A DNA stretch of 64,000 nt from an uncultured Pelagibacteraceae bacterium (GTDB lineage Bacteria > Pseudomonadota > Alphaproteobacteria > Pelagibacterales > Pelagibacteraceae). Under the pieces are notes generated by a model. The model ran no database searches, was not told where the DNA came from, and worked only from the letters and a program-made list of their open reading frames with translations. How positions within the stretch are numbered: the stretch's first letter is position 1; each line of letters starts with the position of its first letter. Shown here piece after piece: positions 10,549-24,494 of this stretch. The position numbers were made by a program, and so were the translations under genes. Location of the stretch: the NCBI GenBank assembly GCA_902634235.1, contig CACPJN010000003.1, positions 25,868 to 89,867 of the forward strand, written 5' to 3'.

Positions 10549-11889
10549 ATGTTAAGAATACTTTTAATTTTTTATTTTATTATCTTACCCCTTAAGGCAT
10601 TTGCTTTGATTGAAGTTGATATTACTAGAGGAAATTTGAACCCACTCCCTATAGCTGTATCACCATTATCTATTGATGAAACCTCTAGACAAAATTTTGA
10701 AAAAATTTTAAAAAAAAAAGATATTGGTGCAGAAATAGCATTAGTTGTTGAAAGAAATTTAAAAGCTTCTGGTCTTTTTAATCCTCTTAATAAAGACGCT
10801 TTCCTCCAAAAACCAGATATTGCAAATTTAAAACCTAGATTTGAAGATTGGAATTTGATTAAGGCACAAGCGTTAATTACTGGTAAAGTTAATATTATTG
10901 AAGAAAAATTAAGAGTAGAATTTAGATTGTGGGATGTACTTGCTGGAAAAGAAATGATGGCTTTAGCTTTTACAACAGTTCCAAATAACTGGAGAAGAGT
11001 TGGTCACATAATAACAGACAAAGTTTATGAAAGATTAACTGGAGAGAAAGGTTATTTTGATACAAGAATAATTTACGTTTCAGAGGAGGGTCCAAAAACT
11101 AGGAGAATTAAAAAGTTAGCAATAATGGATCAGGATGGCGCAAACAATAAATTTTTGACATTAGGTAATGAACTCGTTCTTACTCCCAGATTTAATCCTA
11201 CAAGTCAAATGGTTACCTACTTATCTTACTTTAAAAATTTGCCAAGGGTTTATCTCTTGGATATAGAAACAGGTATGCAAGAAGTGGTTGGAGATTTTCC
11301 TGGAATGACATTTGCTCCTAGATTTTCTCCTGATGGAAAAAAAATAATTATGAGTTTTGCAAAAGATGGTAACTCAGATATTTATACAATGGATCTAGAA
11401 AATAGGATTGTAGAAAAAATCACCAATCATCCTTCGATTGATACCTCTCCCTCTTTCTCTCCTGATGGAAAATATATTGCTTTTAATTCTGACAGAAGTG
11501 GATATCAACAAATTTATGTTATGAATAGTGATGGAAAAAATGTTAAAAGAATTTCTTTTGGAAAAGGTCTTTATGGAACTCCTGTCTGGTCTCCTAGAGG
11601 TGATTTAATTGCTTTTACAAAATTGCATAAAGGTAAATTTTATATTGGAGTAATGAGAACAGACGGAAGTGGAGAAAGGTTATTAACAGAAAATTTTTAT
11701 CAAGAAGCACCGTCTTGGTCACCTAATGGAAGAGTTTTGATTTTCTATAGAGAGACAAAAACTGATAGTAAAGGTGAAGGATTTTCAGCTAAATTATGGT
11801 CAATAGATTTGACAGGCTATAATGAAAGGTTAGTAAAAACCCCTACTGATGCCTCAGACCCATCATGGTCATCTTTATTAAGTAATTAA
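10549..11889 (+). CDS. tolB: Tol-Pal beta-propeller protein TolB
   Basis: Signal peptide, GYFDTRI, and repeated PxFSPDG/PxWSP blades. Confidence 0.96.
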   Translation: MLRILLIFYFIILPLKAFALIEVDITRGNLNPLPIAVSPLSIDETSRQNFEKILKKKDIGAEIALVVERNLKASGLFNPLNKDAFLQKPDIANLKPRFEDWNLIKAQALITGKVNIIEEKLRVEFRLWDVLAGKEMMALAFTTVPNNWRRVGHIITDKVYERLTGEKGYFDTRIIYVSEEGPKTRRIKKLAIMDQDGANNKFLTLGNELVLTPRFNPTSQMVTYLSYFKNLPRVYLLDIETGMQEVVGDFPGMTFAPRFSPDGKKIIMSFAKDGNSDIYTMDLENRIVEKITNHPSIDTSPSFSPDGKYIAFNSDRSGYQQIYVMNSDGKNVKRISFGKGLYGTPVWSPRGDLIAFTKLHKGKFYIGVMRTDGSGERLLTENFYQEAPSWSPNGRVLIFYRETKTDSKGEGFSAKLWSIDLTGYNERLVKTPTDASDPSWSSLLSN

Positions 11890-11973
11890 GTAATATTATC
11901 TTGATTTTTTAACTTGAAACATCTATCTAGTTGTGAAAAACTCAAGAATAAGCAATTTGATCAAGGAGCGATA

Positions 11974-12453
11974 ATGAAATTAAACAAAATTCTAAAAAAT
12001 GTATTTTTAGTTACTGTTGCATGTATTATGTTGTCAGCTTGTGCTACTTCAAAAAAATCAACAGGGCAAATGCAAGGTGATGTTTATACTGGAAAAGATA
12101 CAGTTGAATATTTAGCGTCGGGAGTACCTGATAGAGTTTTCTTTGCAACAAATGAGTCAGTTTTAACAACTGCTTCAAGAGAAACTTTAAGAAAACAAGC
12201 CGCGTGGTTAAGAAAAAATTCTAAAATAAATATTGTTTTAGAAGGTCATGCAGATGAAAGAGGAACAAGAGAATATAACTTGGCATTAGGTGAAAGAAGA
12301 GCTAACGCTGCAAAAGATTATTTAATGACTTATGGAATTTCTTCAAATAGAATTTCAGTGTTAAGTTATGGTAAAGAAAGACCTGTTGACTCAGGTTCAA
12401 ATCCTTTAGCTTGGTCAAAAAATAGACGATCGGTTTCAGTAAAAGCAAACTAA
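11974..12453 (+). CDS. pal: Peptidoglycan-associated lipoprotein
   Basis: AGGAG before ATG 11974, lipobox LSAC, EGHADERGTREYNLALGERRA and SYGKERP. Confidence 0.95.
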   Translation: MKLNKILKNVFLVTVACIMLSACATSKKSTGQMQGDVYTGKDTVEYLASGVPDRVFFATNESVLTTASRETLRKQAAWLRKNSKINIVLEGHADERGTREYNLALGERRANAAKDYLMTYGISSNRISVLSYGKERPVDSGSNPLAWSKNRRSVSVKAN

Positions 12454-12465
12454 AAAAAATCTTTT

Positions 12466-12503
12466 AGACCCTTAATTATTCATTAATTAAGGGTCTTTTT
12501 TTT
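12466..12503 (+). terminator. Rho-independent terminator after pal
   Basis: AGACCCTTAAT...ATTAAGGGTCT stem followed by a T run. Confidence 0.85.
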
Positions 12504-12542
12504 GCCATTATTTTAATCATAACCTGTTGAATAAACTATTTT

Positions 12543-13523
12543 ATGAGATTTTTATTAGTAAAATTTTTTTTGATAATAAGTTTATTTATTAGTGGTTTTG
12601 TAAATGCAGACAATCACGAATTAAATGAAATATTGGAAAAAATTCAAAAAGATATTAAAACTTTAGAGAAAGCAGTTTATTCTGGAACTAGAGAATTAGA
12701 TGCTGGTGTAACTAATATTTCTAGTTTTGAAAATAGTAATTCAGAAGATGTATTAACAAGGCATTTATTAAAACTTTCTGAAATTGAGAGCCAATTTCAA
12801 TCACTAACAAATAAATTTGAGGAAATAAACTTTAAACTTGATAAGTTGTCTAATAGAATGTCTAAAGTCCAAGCTGATAATCAAATTAGATTTCAAGATT
12901 TAGAAAAAGGTTTGCCTACAAATGGGAATAGACAAAAAATAACAAAAAAATTAGTTACAGATCAAAATCAATCTTTACCTGGAAGCTCTCAACCTCAAGA
13001 TTTAGGTTCAGTGTCTTATAAAGATACATCCACAAATGAGATGTCACAAAGAACTCAATCCATAGACACAACTGCATCAATTGTAACAGAAACTTTTCAA
13101 GCAGAAGAAAAAATTCTGCCAAATGAGACACCAGATAACCAATATAAATTCGCAACTAGTTTTTTAAAAGTTGGTGATTATTCAACAGCAGAAAGAGCAT
13201 TTAGAGAATTTGTCGTTACAAATCCTGAACATGATTTAGCTGGAAATGCACAGTATTGGTATGCAGAAACTTTTAGAATAAGACAACTTTATACTGATGC
13301 TGCCTCTGCATATTTGGAAGGGTACCAAAAATATCCAAAAGGTGAAAAAGCTCCAATTAATTTATTAAAGCTTGGAATCTCAATGGTTCAAATTGGGGAA
13401 AAAGATCAAGGTTGTAAAATGATAGATGGAGTAGAAAAACAATATCCAAAAGCAAATCAATCTGTGATCCAAAAAGCTAAATATGAGTCTCAAAAATTTG
13501 AATGCAAAAAACAAAATTCCTAA
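12543..13523 (+). CDS. cpoB: Tol-Pal/cell division coordinator CpoB (YbgF)
   Basis: Signal peptide, coiled coil, TPR region NAQYWYAE...KAPINLLKLG; follows pal. Confidence 0.88.
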   Translation: MRFLLVKFFLIISLFISGFVNADNHELNEILEKIQKDIKTLEKAVYSGTRELDAGVTNISSFENSNSEDVLTRHLLKLSEIESQFQSLTNKFEEINFKLDKLSNRMSKVQADNQIRFQDLEKGLPTNGNRQKITKKLVTDQNQSLPGSSQPQDLGSVSYKDTSTNEMSQRTQSIDTTASIVTETFQAEEKILPNETPDNQYKFATSFLKVGDYSTAERAFREFVVTNPEHDLAGNAQYWYAETFRIRQLYTDAASAYLEGYQKYPKGEKAPINLLKLGISMVQIGEKDQGCKMIDGVEKQYPKANQSVIQKAKYESQKFECKKQNS

Positions 13524-14511
13524 ACTTTTTAAAGATAAGTTAAATAATAAAAGAGTAAATAAAATTTATAAAAACTTTGAAAAGACTTTAGATTTAAATC
13601 AAAATTTTATCGTAGCGGTATCTGGAGGGCCTGATAGTTTAGCCTTAGCTTTTTTAGCTAAAATTTACTCTATTAAAAATAATCTAAAAGCAAAATTTTT
13701 TATTATAAACCACAAGCTAAGATCAAACTCTAGTCAAGAGGCAAACAAAGTCAAAAGTGTATTAAAAAGATTATCAATTAGTGCTGAAATTTTGCCATGG
13801 AATGGGAAAAAACCAACAAAGAACATACAATCACTTGCAAGGAAAAAAAGATATGAATTATTAATGAGCAAGTGTAATTATTTTAAAATTAATAATATTC
13901 TTTTAGGACATCATCAGGAAGATTTATTTGAAAATTTTTTTATAAGAATTTTGAGGGGGAGCGGATTAAAAGGCTTGATATCTTTTAACAAAAAAACTCA
14001 TATCAATAATGTTAATCTATTTAGACCTTTGTTAAATCAACAAAAAAAGGATTTAATATATTTAGCAAAATATGTATTTAATTTTTACGTTTTAGACCCA
14101 TACAATGAGGATGAAAAATTTCAAAGAGTAAAAATTAGAAAATTTTTAGAAAAACTAAAGCTAAACGGTTTAGATCAAAAAAAATTTTCTATAACTTTAA
14201 ATAATCTGAGGCACTCAAACGAGGTTGTAAGATTTTATGTGATAGAAAATCTAGAAAAAAATACTTATTTAAATCATCAAAAAAATCAATTATTTTTGAA
14301 TAATGATTTTTTCAATCAACCATATGAGGTAGTTTTTCGCTCTCTATCAGACTCCCTAAGGTTTATTGGTATGAAATATTATCCGGCAAGGGGTAAAAAA
14401 CTTGGTAAAATTATTGACGGAATATTAAATAATAATTTATATAAAGCAACGTTAGGAGGTTGCATAATCAAAAAAGTTAATCAAACTGTAATAATTTCAA
14501 AAGAGCTTTAA
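13483..14511 (+). CDS. tilS: tRNA(Ile)-lysidine synthetase
   Basis: AVSGGPDS PP-loop, NHKLR, ARKKRY, GHHQED and RGSG; upstream of ftsH. Confidence 0.93.
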   Translation: MSLKNLNAKNKIPKLFKDKLNNKRVNKIYKNFEKTLDLNQNFIVAVSGGPDSLALAFLAKIYSIKNNLKAKFFIINHKLRSNSSQEANKVKSVLKRLSISAEILPWNGKKPTKNIQSLARKKRYELLMSKCNYFKINNILLGHHQEDLFENFFIRILRGSGLKGLISFNKKTHINNVNLFRPLLNQQKKDLIYLAKYVFNFYVLDPYNEDEKFQRVKIRKFLEKLKLNGLDQKKFSITLNNLRHSNEVVRFYVIENLEKNTYLNHQKNQLFLNNDFFNQPYEVVFRSLSDSLRFIGMKYYPARGKKLGKIIDGILNNNLYKATLGGCIIKKVNQTVIISKEL

Positions 14512-14573
14512 ATTATTGTTATTTTGACTAATTTGTCACTTGTTTAATTTATAATAATTATTATTTTATAATT

Positions 14574-16475
14574 ATGAATATGAAAAATATAGCGATGTGG
14601 GCAATAATAGTTTTTTTAACTATTGGTCTTTACAATATGTTTAAAGGTCCCCAACCTAACATGAAGGGGGGCGATCAAGTTATATTTTCTGAATTTTTAA
14701 ATTCTGTAGATAATGGAGAAGTTGTTAAGGTAGAGATCCAAGGAAATAATATTAAAGGGGTCTACTCAAATGGAAATAGTTTTAAGACGTATGCTCCAAA
14801 TGATCCAAATTTAATTGAAAAATTATCTGAAAAAGGTGTGAGTATTTCTGCAGCACCGATTCAAGAAAAAATGCCATCTTTGTTTGGTGTATTATTATCT
14901 TGGTTTCCAATGTTATTACTAATTGCTGTTTGGATTTTTTTTATGAGACAAATGCAAGGAGGAAAAGGTGGAGCAATGGGTTTTGGAAGATCAAAAGCAA
15001 AAATGATGAATGAATTAAAAGGAAAAGTTACTTTTAATGATGTTGCTGGCGTAGAGGAAGCAAAAGAAGAAGTTGAAGAGATTGTAGAATTTTTAAAAGA
15101 TCCAAAAAAATTTAGCCGCCTTGGTGGTAAAATTCCTAGAGGAGCATTGTTAGTTGGGCCCCCAGGAACAGGAAAAACTTTATTAGCTAGAGCAATTGCT
15201 GGGGAAGCTGGTGTTCCTTTTTTCACGATTTCGGGATCAGATTTTGTAGAGATGTTTGTTGGAGTTGGAGCTTCAAGAGTGAGAGATATGTTTGAACAAG
15301 GTAAGAAGAATTCCCCTTGTATTATTTTTATTGATGAAATTGATGCAGTTGGAAGAAGCAGAGGTGCTGGCTTGGGTGGAGGAAATGATGAAAGAGAGCA
15401 AACACTTAACCAACTTTTAGTTGAGATGGATGGCTTTGATACTAATGAAGGTGTTATAATAATTGCAGCTACTAATAGACCAGACGTACTTGATCCTGCT
15501 TTATTAAGACCAGGTAGGTTTGATAGACAAGTTGTTGTTTCTAATCCTGATATAATTGGAAGAGAAAAAATTCTTAAGGTGCACGTGAAAAAAATTAAAA
15601 TGGCTCCAGATGTAAACTTACGAACAGTCGCAAGAGGAACCCCAGGTTTTTCAGGTGCAGATCTTGCTAATTTAGTTAATGAGTCTGCTTTACTTGCTGC
15701 AAGAAAAAATAAAAGAATTGTTACGCTAAACGAATTTGAAGAGGCAAAAGATAAAGTAATGATGGGTGCTGAGAGACGATCAATGGTTATGACTGAAGAA
15801 GAAAAAAAATTAACCGCATATCATGAGGGAGGGCATGCTTTAGTCTCTTTTAATATGCCAAGTTACGATCCAATTCATAAAGCAACAATTATACCAAGAG
15901 GACGAGCACTGGGTATGGTTATGAACTTGCCAGAGAGAGATAAACACGGACATTCAATTAAGTATTTGAAAGCTAGATTAGCCGTGTGTTTTGGAGGAAG
16001 AGTTGCAGAGGAAATAATTTTTGGAAAAGACAATATATCTACGGGTGCTGGTGGAGGCACTGGATCTGACATAAATCAAGCTACTCAACTAGCGCGCGCT
16101 ATGGTGACTAAATATGGGATGAGTGAAGAAATGGGACCTGTTGAATATGGAGAAAATCAAGAAGAAGTATTTTTAGGAAGATCTGTTACTCAAACACAGT
16201 CAGTATCGGAAGAAGTCGCTCAAAAAATTGATAAAGAAATTAGAAAATTAGTTGATGAAGGTTACAATAAGGCAAGAGAAATTCTAACTGAAAAAATTGA
16301 TGATTTACATAAAATTGCAAAGGCTCTTATTACTTATGAAACTTTAACAGGTGAAGAAATAGAAAATATAATTAATAAGAATATTTATCCAGCTGATAAA
16401 CAAGACTTAAAGGTAGAAGATAAAAAAGGCTCAGCATTTGATGCTATGGGTTTAAAACCTAAAATTATACATTAA
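14574..16475 (+). CDS. ftsH: ATP-dependent zinc metalloprotease FtsH
   Basis: Two TMs, [26 protein letters not shown] and HEGGH. Confidence 0.98.
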   Translation: MNMKNIAMWAIIVFLTIGLYNMFKGPQPNMKGGDQVIFSEFLNSVDNGEVVKVEIQGNNIKGVYSNGNSFKTYAPNDPNLIEKLSEKGVSISAAPIQEKMPSLFGVLLSWFPMLLLIAVWIFFMRQMQGGKGGAMGFGRSKAKMMNELKGKVTFNDVAGVEEAKEEVEEIVEFLKDPKKFSRLGGKIPRGALLVGPPGTGKTLLARAIAGEAGVPFFTISGSDFVEMFVGVGASRVRDMFEQGKKNSPCIIFIDEIDAVGRSRGAGLGGGNDEREQTLNQLLVEMDGFDTNEGVIIIAATNRPDVLDPALLRPGRFDRQVVVSNPDIIGREKILKVHVKKIKMAPDVNLRTVARGTPGFSGADLANLVNESALLAARKNKRIVTLNEFEEAKDKVMMGAERRSMVMTEEEKKLTAYHEGGHALVSFNMPSYDPIHKATIIPRGRALGMVMNLPERDKHGHSIKYLKARLAVCFGGRVAEEIIFGKDNISTGAGGGTGSDINQATQLARAMVTKYGMSEEMGPVEYGENQEEVFLGRSVTQTQSVSEEVAQKIDKEIRKLVDEGYNKAREILTEKIDDLHKIAKALITYETLTGEEIENIINKNIYPADKQDLKVEDKKGSAFDAMGLKPKIIH

Positions 16476-16480
16476 TTTAA

Positions 16481-17530
16481 ATGCCCAGATATTACACTAG
16501 AGTGTGTAATTTCTACTACGGATCAAAATCAAAATATTTGGTAAATTCAAAAAAAACTTTACCTCTGAATGGGAATGATAGTATTTCATTTGATAAAATC
16601 GAGTTAATTTCAAGAAAATCAAAAAAAATAATATCTATAAAACATGTAAATCGTTTACCAAGCAAACTAAGAGAGATAATTAAAAAGGATATTAAGATTA
16701 TCATTAAATCAAAAAAAAATTTTATAAATCTGGATTTTAAAAAAATACCAATTGTCATGGGTATTTTGAATATCACACCTGATAGTTTTTCTGACGGAGG
16801 AAAGTTTTATAAAAAAGATCTAGCAGAAAAACAATTGCGTTACCTTTTTAAATGTGGAGCAGATCTTGTTGATATTGGAGGAGAGTCTACCCGACCTGGA
16901 TCAAAAGCTATAAGCTCAGATAAAGAATGGGGTAGAATTAAAAATGTTTTAAGTAAAATTAGGAAAAGGCAAGTAATCTCTCTTGATACCAGAAAATCAG
17001 AAATAATGGAAAAAGGTATTAATTTAGGAGTTAAGTTAATTAATGACGTATCTGGTCTGAGTTATGATAAAAAATCTGTAGAGATATTAAAAAAATATAA
17101 GACTTCATTTGTGTTACAACACTCACTCGGTACCCCTGATGTTATGCAGAATAAACCAAAGTATAAGAATGTTTTATTAGATATTTATGATTTTTTTGAA
17201 AAAAAAATCAAAGATTTAAGAAAAGCTGGTATTAAACACAACAATATAATTTTAGATCCTGGAATAGGTTTTGGAAAAAATTTGAAACATAATATGACAA
17301 TTTTAAAGAATATATCAATTTACCATTCTTTAGGATTCCCTATATTGCTAGGGATATCTAGAAAAAGATTTATAAAAGATCTATCTTGTTCTAACGATAG
17401 CAGTTTACGAACAGGAGGAACTATTGGTTCGAGTATTTTTGCTATGATGCAAGGAGTTCAAATATTGAGAGTACATGATGTTAATGAGATAAATCAAAGC
17501 TTTAGTGTATTTAAAGAATTAATCAAATAA
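16481..17530 (+). CDS. folP: Dihydropteroate synthase with an N-terminal extension
   Basis: MGILNITPDSFSDGG, DIGGESTRPG, DPGIGFGK, SRKRF and RVHDV. Confidence 0.94.
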   Translation: MPRYYTRVCNFYYGSKSKYLVNSKKTLPLNGNDSISFDKIELISRKSKKIISIKHVNRLPSKLREIIKKDIKIIIKSKKNFINLDFKKIPIVMGILNITPDSFSDGGKFYKKDLAEKQLRYLFKCGADLVDIGGESTRPGSKAISSDKEWGRIKNVLSKIRKRQVISLDTRKSEIMEKGINLGVKLINDVSGLSYDKKSVEILKKYKTSFVLQHSLGTPDVMQNKPKYKNVLLDIYDFFEKKIKDLRKAGIKHNNIILDPGIGFGKNLKHNMTILKNISIYHSLGFPILLGISRKRFIKDLSCSNDSSLRTGGTIGSSIFAMMQGVQILRVHDVNEINQSFSVFKELIK

Positions 17531-17533
17531 GAT

Positions 17534-18859
17534 ATGAAATATTTTGGTACAGATGGAATAAGAGGCTATGTCAATAGCAAGAACATTAATGGAGATATGT
17601 TTTTTAAATTCGGATTAGCTGCAGGTAACTATTTTACAAATTTAAAAAAAAAAAAACAGACTGCAATTATTGCAAAGGACACTAGGCTATCAGGTTATGC
17701 ACTTGAACCTGCTATTGTTTCTGGTCTGGCTTCAGCAGGAATGCACGTTTATACTTTAGGTCCATTACCAACAAATGGCCTTGCGATGTTGACCAAATCA
17801 ATGAGAGCAAATTTAGGAATTATGATAACAGCATCTCATAACTTATTTAACGATAATGGCTTAAAGTTATTTGGACCCGATGGACTAAAACTATCTAATA
17901 GTATTCAAAAAAAAATAGAAAATTTAATCGATACAAAAATTGAAAAACAATTGTCAAAACCAAAATTTTTGGGGAGAGTAAAAAGATTGGAGTCAGGTAC
18001 AGATGACTATCTTCAAATTTTAAAAAAAAAAATTCCAAAAAATTTAAAACTTAAAAATATGAAAATAGTTTTAGATTGTGCAAATGGTGCTGGATATAAG
18101 GCAGCACCTAAAATGCTAAAATCTCTTGGTGCAAAGTTAATAATTATTGGTAACAAACCTAATGGCTTTAATATAAATAAAAACTGTGGGTCGACATTTC
18201 CTATTAAAATTAGAGGATATGTAAAAAAATATAAAGCAGACTTAGGTATTTCGTTGGATGGAGATGCAGATAGAATAATAATGTGCGATGAGAAAGGTTT
18301 GATTATAGATGGTGATCAAATTATAGCTGCTCTAGCTCTGCAATGGAAGAAAAGAAAAATTCTTAAAGGGGGAGTTGTAGGTACCTTAATGTCTAATTAT
18401 GGACTAGAAAAATTTTTAGAAAAAAAAAAGATTAAATTTATAAGAGCAAATGTAGGTGATAGATATGTGAAAGAAGTTATGCAGAAAAAAAAATTTAATT
18501 TAGGTGGAGAACAGTCAGGGCACATCATTTTAGGTAAATTTGCGACCACAGGTGATGGACTACTAGTTGCTTTAGAAGTTGTTCAAGCTTTAAATAAGAA
18601 TATAAAAGCTAGTAAATTTTTTAATGTTTTTAAAAAAACACCACAAATTCTAGAAAATATTGAAATTAAAAATGAAAATATACTATCGAAATTATCTGTA
18701 AAGAATTCAATTAAAAAAGCACAAAAATTAATCGAGGGTAATGGCAGAATTTTAGTTAGAAAATCTGGAACTGAGCAAAAAATTCGAATAATGGGTGAGA
18801 GTAAAAATAAAACTCTTCTTAAGAAATGTATTAATACTATTGTCAAAACAATTAATTAA
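17534..18859 (+). CDS. glmM: Phosphoglucosamine mutase
   Basis: YFGTDGIRG, ITASHN, DGDADR, GGEQSGH and TGDG. Confidence 0.96.
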   Translation: MKYFGTDGIRGYVNSKNINGDMFFKFGLAAGNYFTNLKKKKQTAIIAKDTRLSGYALEPAIVSGLASAGMHVYTLGPLPTNGLAMLTKSMRANLGIMITASHNLFNDNGLKLFGPDGLKLSNSIQKKIENLIDTKIEKQLSKPKFLGRVKRLESGTDDYLQILKKKIPKNLKLKNMKIVLDCANGAGYKAAPKMLKSLGAKLIIIGNKPNGFNINKNCGSTFPIKIRGYVKKYKADLGISLDGDADRIIMCDEKGLIIDGDQIIAALALQWKKRKILKGGVVGTLMSNYGLEKFLEKKKIKFIRANVGDRYVKEVMQKKKFNLGGEQSGHIILGKFATTGDGLLVALEVVQALNKNIKASKFFNVFKKTPQILENIEIKNENILSKLSVKNSIKKAQKLIEGNGRILVRKSGTEQKIRIMGESKNKTLLKKCINTIVKTIN

Positions 18860-18860
18860 A

Positions 18861-21855
<2,995 letters not shown>

Positions 21856-21895
21856 GAACGTTTTATCTAATTAATATTAAAAATTTTTCAATGTT

Positions 21896-22876
21896 TTATT
21901 TACCTATATTTCTGAGGGTTTTTAGTATTATTTCAAGTTCATTTGGTAAAATTGAGTTAAAAATCATCTGCTTATTTTTTTTTGGGTGTATAAAGCCCAA
22001 TGTTTTAGCGTGCAGAAATTGCCTATTTAATTTCATTAAAATTTTTTCTAATGATGGATTTATATCTTTAAGTTTTTTAAACCTTTTTTTATATTTATCA
22101 TCACCAACTATACTGTGACCTAAATAATTCATGTGAACTCTTATTTGATGAGTCCGACCTGTTTCTAATTTACACTCTAACAAACTAAAAGTTGGAATAT
22201 TATTATTTTCAAAAATTTCTAAAGTTTTGTAATTTGTAATTGCTTTTTTTCCTTTATTGTTACTAACCTCCATCATTTGTCTATTTTTTGAGCTTCTTGT
22301 AATAAAGGTTTCTATTTTACCTTTAGATGGTCTAACTTTGCCCCAGATCAATAATTGGTAAACTCTTTGAATTGTATGTTTATTAAACTGATTAGAAAGG
22401 TGCTCGTGAGTTTGATTATTTTTTGCAATAACAATTAATCCAGATGTATTTTTATCAATTCTATGTACTATTCCAGGTCTTAGTTCACCTCCAATATTAG
22501 AAAAAGAATTTTTGCTATAATTCATAAGTGCATTTACGATTGTATTATCAAAATTACCTGCACCAGGATGCATTACAATTCCAGAGGGTTTGTTTATAAC
22601 AATTAAATCTTTATCCTCAAATACGATATCTAAATTAAACTCATAAGGTTTTAAGGAAGCTTTTTTTGGTTCAGGAATGGTTAATTTTATTTCATCACTT
22701 AAAAAAACTTTTTTTGATGGATCAGTTATTACCTTATTATTTATTTTTAACTTGTTATCTAGAATAAGATTTTTTATTCTTGTTCGACTGATGATATTTT
22801 CTCTTTTTTTGATGAAAATATCAACACGAAGTTCATTTTCGGTCTTATCAACTGTCAAATTTATTTTTTTTTCCAT
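21896..22876 (-). CDS. rluD: RluA/RluD-family pseudouridine synthase
   Basis: S4 domain, RPGIVHRIDKNTSG, TGRTHQIRVH and LHAKTLGF; upstream of rpoH. Confidence 0.93.
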   Translation of the reverse strand: MEKKINLTVDKTENELRVDIFIKKRENIISRTRIKNLILDNKLKINNKVITDPSKKVFLSDEIKLTIPEPKKASLKPYEFNLDIVFEDKDLIVINKPSGIVMHPGAGNFDNTIVNALMNYSKNSFSNIGGELRPGIVHRIDKNTSGLIVIAKNNQTHEHLSNQFNKHTIQRVYQLLIWGKVRPSKGKIETFITRSSKNRQMMEVSNNKGKKAITNYKTLEIFENNNIPTFSLLECKLETGRTHQIRVHMNYLGHSIVGDDKYKKRFKKLKDINPSLEKILMKLNRQFLHAKTLGFIHPKKNKQMIFNSILPNELEIILKTLRNIGK

Positions 22877-22899
22877 AAAATGATATATTAATATGATAT

Positions 22900-22976
22900 G
22901 CGCTTGTAGCTCAACTGGATAGAGCGCCTGACTTCGGATCAGGAGGTTCTGGGTTCGACTCCTAGCAGGCGCACCA
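22900..22976 (+). tRNA. tRNA-Arg, anticodon UCG
   Basis: Acceptor stem GCGCTTG/CAGGCGC, D-loop TGGATA (A20), anticodon arm CCTGA-CTTCGGA-TCAGG, GTTCGA T-loop, encoded CCA. Confidence 0.95.
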
Positions 22977-22977
22977 A

Positions 22978-23769
22978 TTATTCGCCCATATTTATTAATG
23001 TCCCTTTTATCCTCGCTCTTAAAAAAGATAAATAAAACAACCCTATTCCAAAAATTAGATAAACTAAATTTAATAAATAAGCTTGCTTAATATTTTCATA
23101 ATCTACTATACCGTTTATCAAAATATTTCTTGTTTCATCAAAAATGTAAACTAATGGTAAGCCTTTTGCAATTACTTGGAAAAATTCAGGAAGGATTTCT
23201 ATTGGATAGTAGATACAGCCTAATGGAGCAAGTAAAAATAATGATGACCAAGCTATATTTTCAAAGGATGGTCCGTATCTCATTAAACCTGAACTGACAA
23301 ATAAACCTAGTGTAATGCCAAATATGTATAAGCTTAAAAATAATATAAGTAGTGGGAAACCCAATTTTAAAATTGAAACTCCAAACAATGGAGACGTTAA
23401 AATAATTGCAGGCACTAAACCAATTAATGTTCTTATCAAAGCAGTAAAAATTAAAGATATAATTATTTCTCTAAGTTTCAAAGGAGCAATAAATAGATTC
23501 GTAAAATTTCTACTCCAGATTTCTTCTAAAAAAAGCATATTAAAACTTATGCTAGATCTAAAAAGAATATCGTAAAGAATTGCGCATGTAAGAATTATTC
23601 CAAGTGTATTATTGTAATAATCACTATAAATTGAAAAAAATTTGGAAATAAATCCCCAAAGAATAATTTGTATAGTTGGCCAATAAATCAAATCCAAAAC
23701 TCTTGGCAATGAACTTTTGATAAGATAGAAATGTCTTAAAAATAGTCCATACATTTTATTTAGGCTCAT
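22978..23769 (-). CDS. ABC-2 type exporter permease
   Basis: About six hydrophobic segments, EEIWSRNFTNLFIAP and YYPIEILP; coupled to the ATPase gene. Confidence 0.88.
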   Translation of the reverse strand: MSLNKMYGLFLRHFYLIKSSLPRVLDLIYWPTIQIILWGFISKFFSIYSDYYNNTLGIILTCAILYDILFRSSISFNMLFLEEIWSRNFTNLFIAPLKLREIIISLIFTALIRTLIGLVPAIILTSPLFGVSILKLGFPLLILFLSLYIFGITLGLFVSSGLMRYGPSFENIAWSSLFLLAPLGCIYYPIEILPEFFQVIAKGLPLVYIFDETRNILINGIVDYENIKQAYLLNLVYLIFGIGLFYLSFLRARIKGTLINMGE

Positions 23770-24494
23770 ACTAGATCTCTTGTAAGTTTTAAAAAGACTT
23801 CCTCCATATTTCTTCTTCCGTGTTTCTTAATTAAATCCTCAGGAGTCCCTTGATCAATAATTGATCCTTTATTCATCATAAGAACTGAAGAACATAATCT
23901 CTCAACTTCTGCCATGTTATGTGAAGCAAGGAGAATAGAAGTTTTCTTTTCTTTTTGGTATTCCTCTAAAAAACTTCTTATAAAATCTCCTGTTTCAGGA
24001 TCTAAAGATGCAGTTGGTTCATCAAGAAGAAGAACTGATGGATCATTAATTATAGATTTAGCTAAACTGACCCTATTTTTTTGACCAGAGGAAAGTTCTC
24101 CTGTTATCTTATTAAAAATTTCTTTAAGCCTTAATTTTTCTATAAGATAATCAATTTTAATTTGAAGTTCTCTTACATCATAAAGTCTTCCATAAACCTC
24201 TAGATTCTGCTTTACGGTCAATTTTTTTGGTAGCTCAATGTATGGTGAAATAAAATTTAATTTGTTCAATAATTCAACTCTTTGTTTTTCAATTTCAATG
24301 CCGTTTATTAGAACTTGTCCTTTAGTAGGCTTAAGCAAACCAAGTATCATACCTATTGTTGTGGTTTTACCACATCCATTAGGTCCTAGAATTCCAATGA
24401 TTTCATTTTCATTTAATTTAAATGAAATATTTCTAACAGCCTCTTTTGAGTCATAAGTTTTTGATAAATCAATTATTTCAAGAGGAATAGTCAT
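23766..24494 (-). CDS. ABC exporter ATP-binding protein
   Basis: GPNGCGKTT, LSSGQ, LLLDEPT and SHNM. Confidence 0.93.
   Translation of the reverse strand: MTIPLEIIDLSKTYDSKEAVRNISFKLNENEIIGILGPNGCGKTTTIGMILGLLKPTKGQVLINGIEIEKQRVELLNKLNFISPYIELPKKLTVKQNLEVYGRLYDVRELQIKIDYLIEKLRLKEIFNKITGELSSGQKNRVSLAKSIINDPSVLLLDEPTASLDPETGDFIRSFLEEYQKEKKTSILLASHNMAEVERLCSSVLMMNKGSIIDQGTPEDLIKKHGRRNMEEVFLKLTRDLV

Noticed and set aside
11914-11973. Longer ORF-track starts for pal, thiD, ispA, nadA, fdx, dksA and the GT39 gene
   Set aside because: Downstream starts fit RBS position, signal peptides or gene boundaries better, so the extensions are probably not translated.
22900-24494. Genomic island integrated at tRNA-Arg (or at tRNA-Leu, 39642)
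   Set aside because: No duplicated tRNA 3' end or integrase was noticed, and the flanking genes look like ordinary housekeeping or transport genes.
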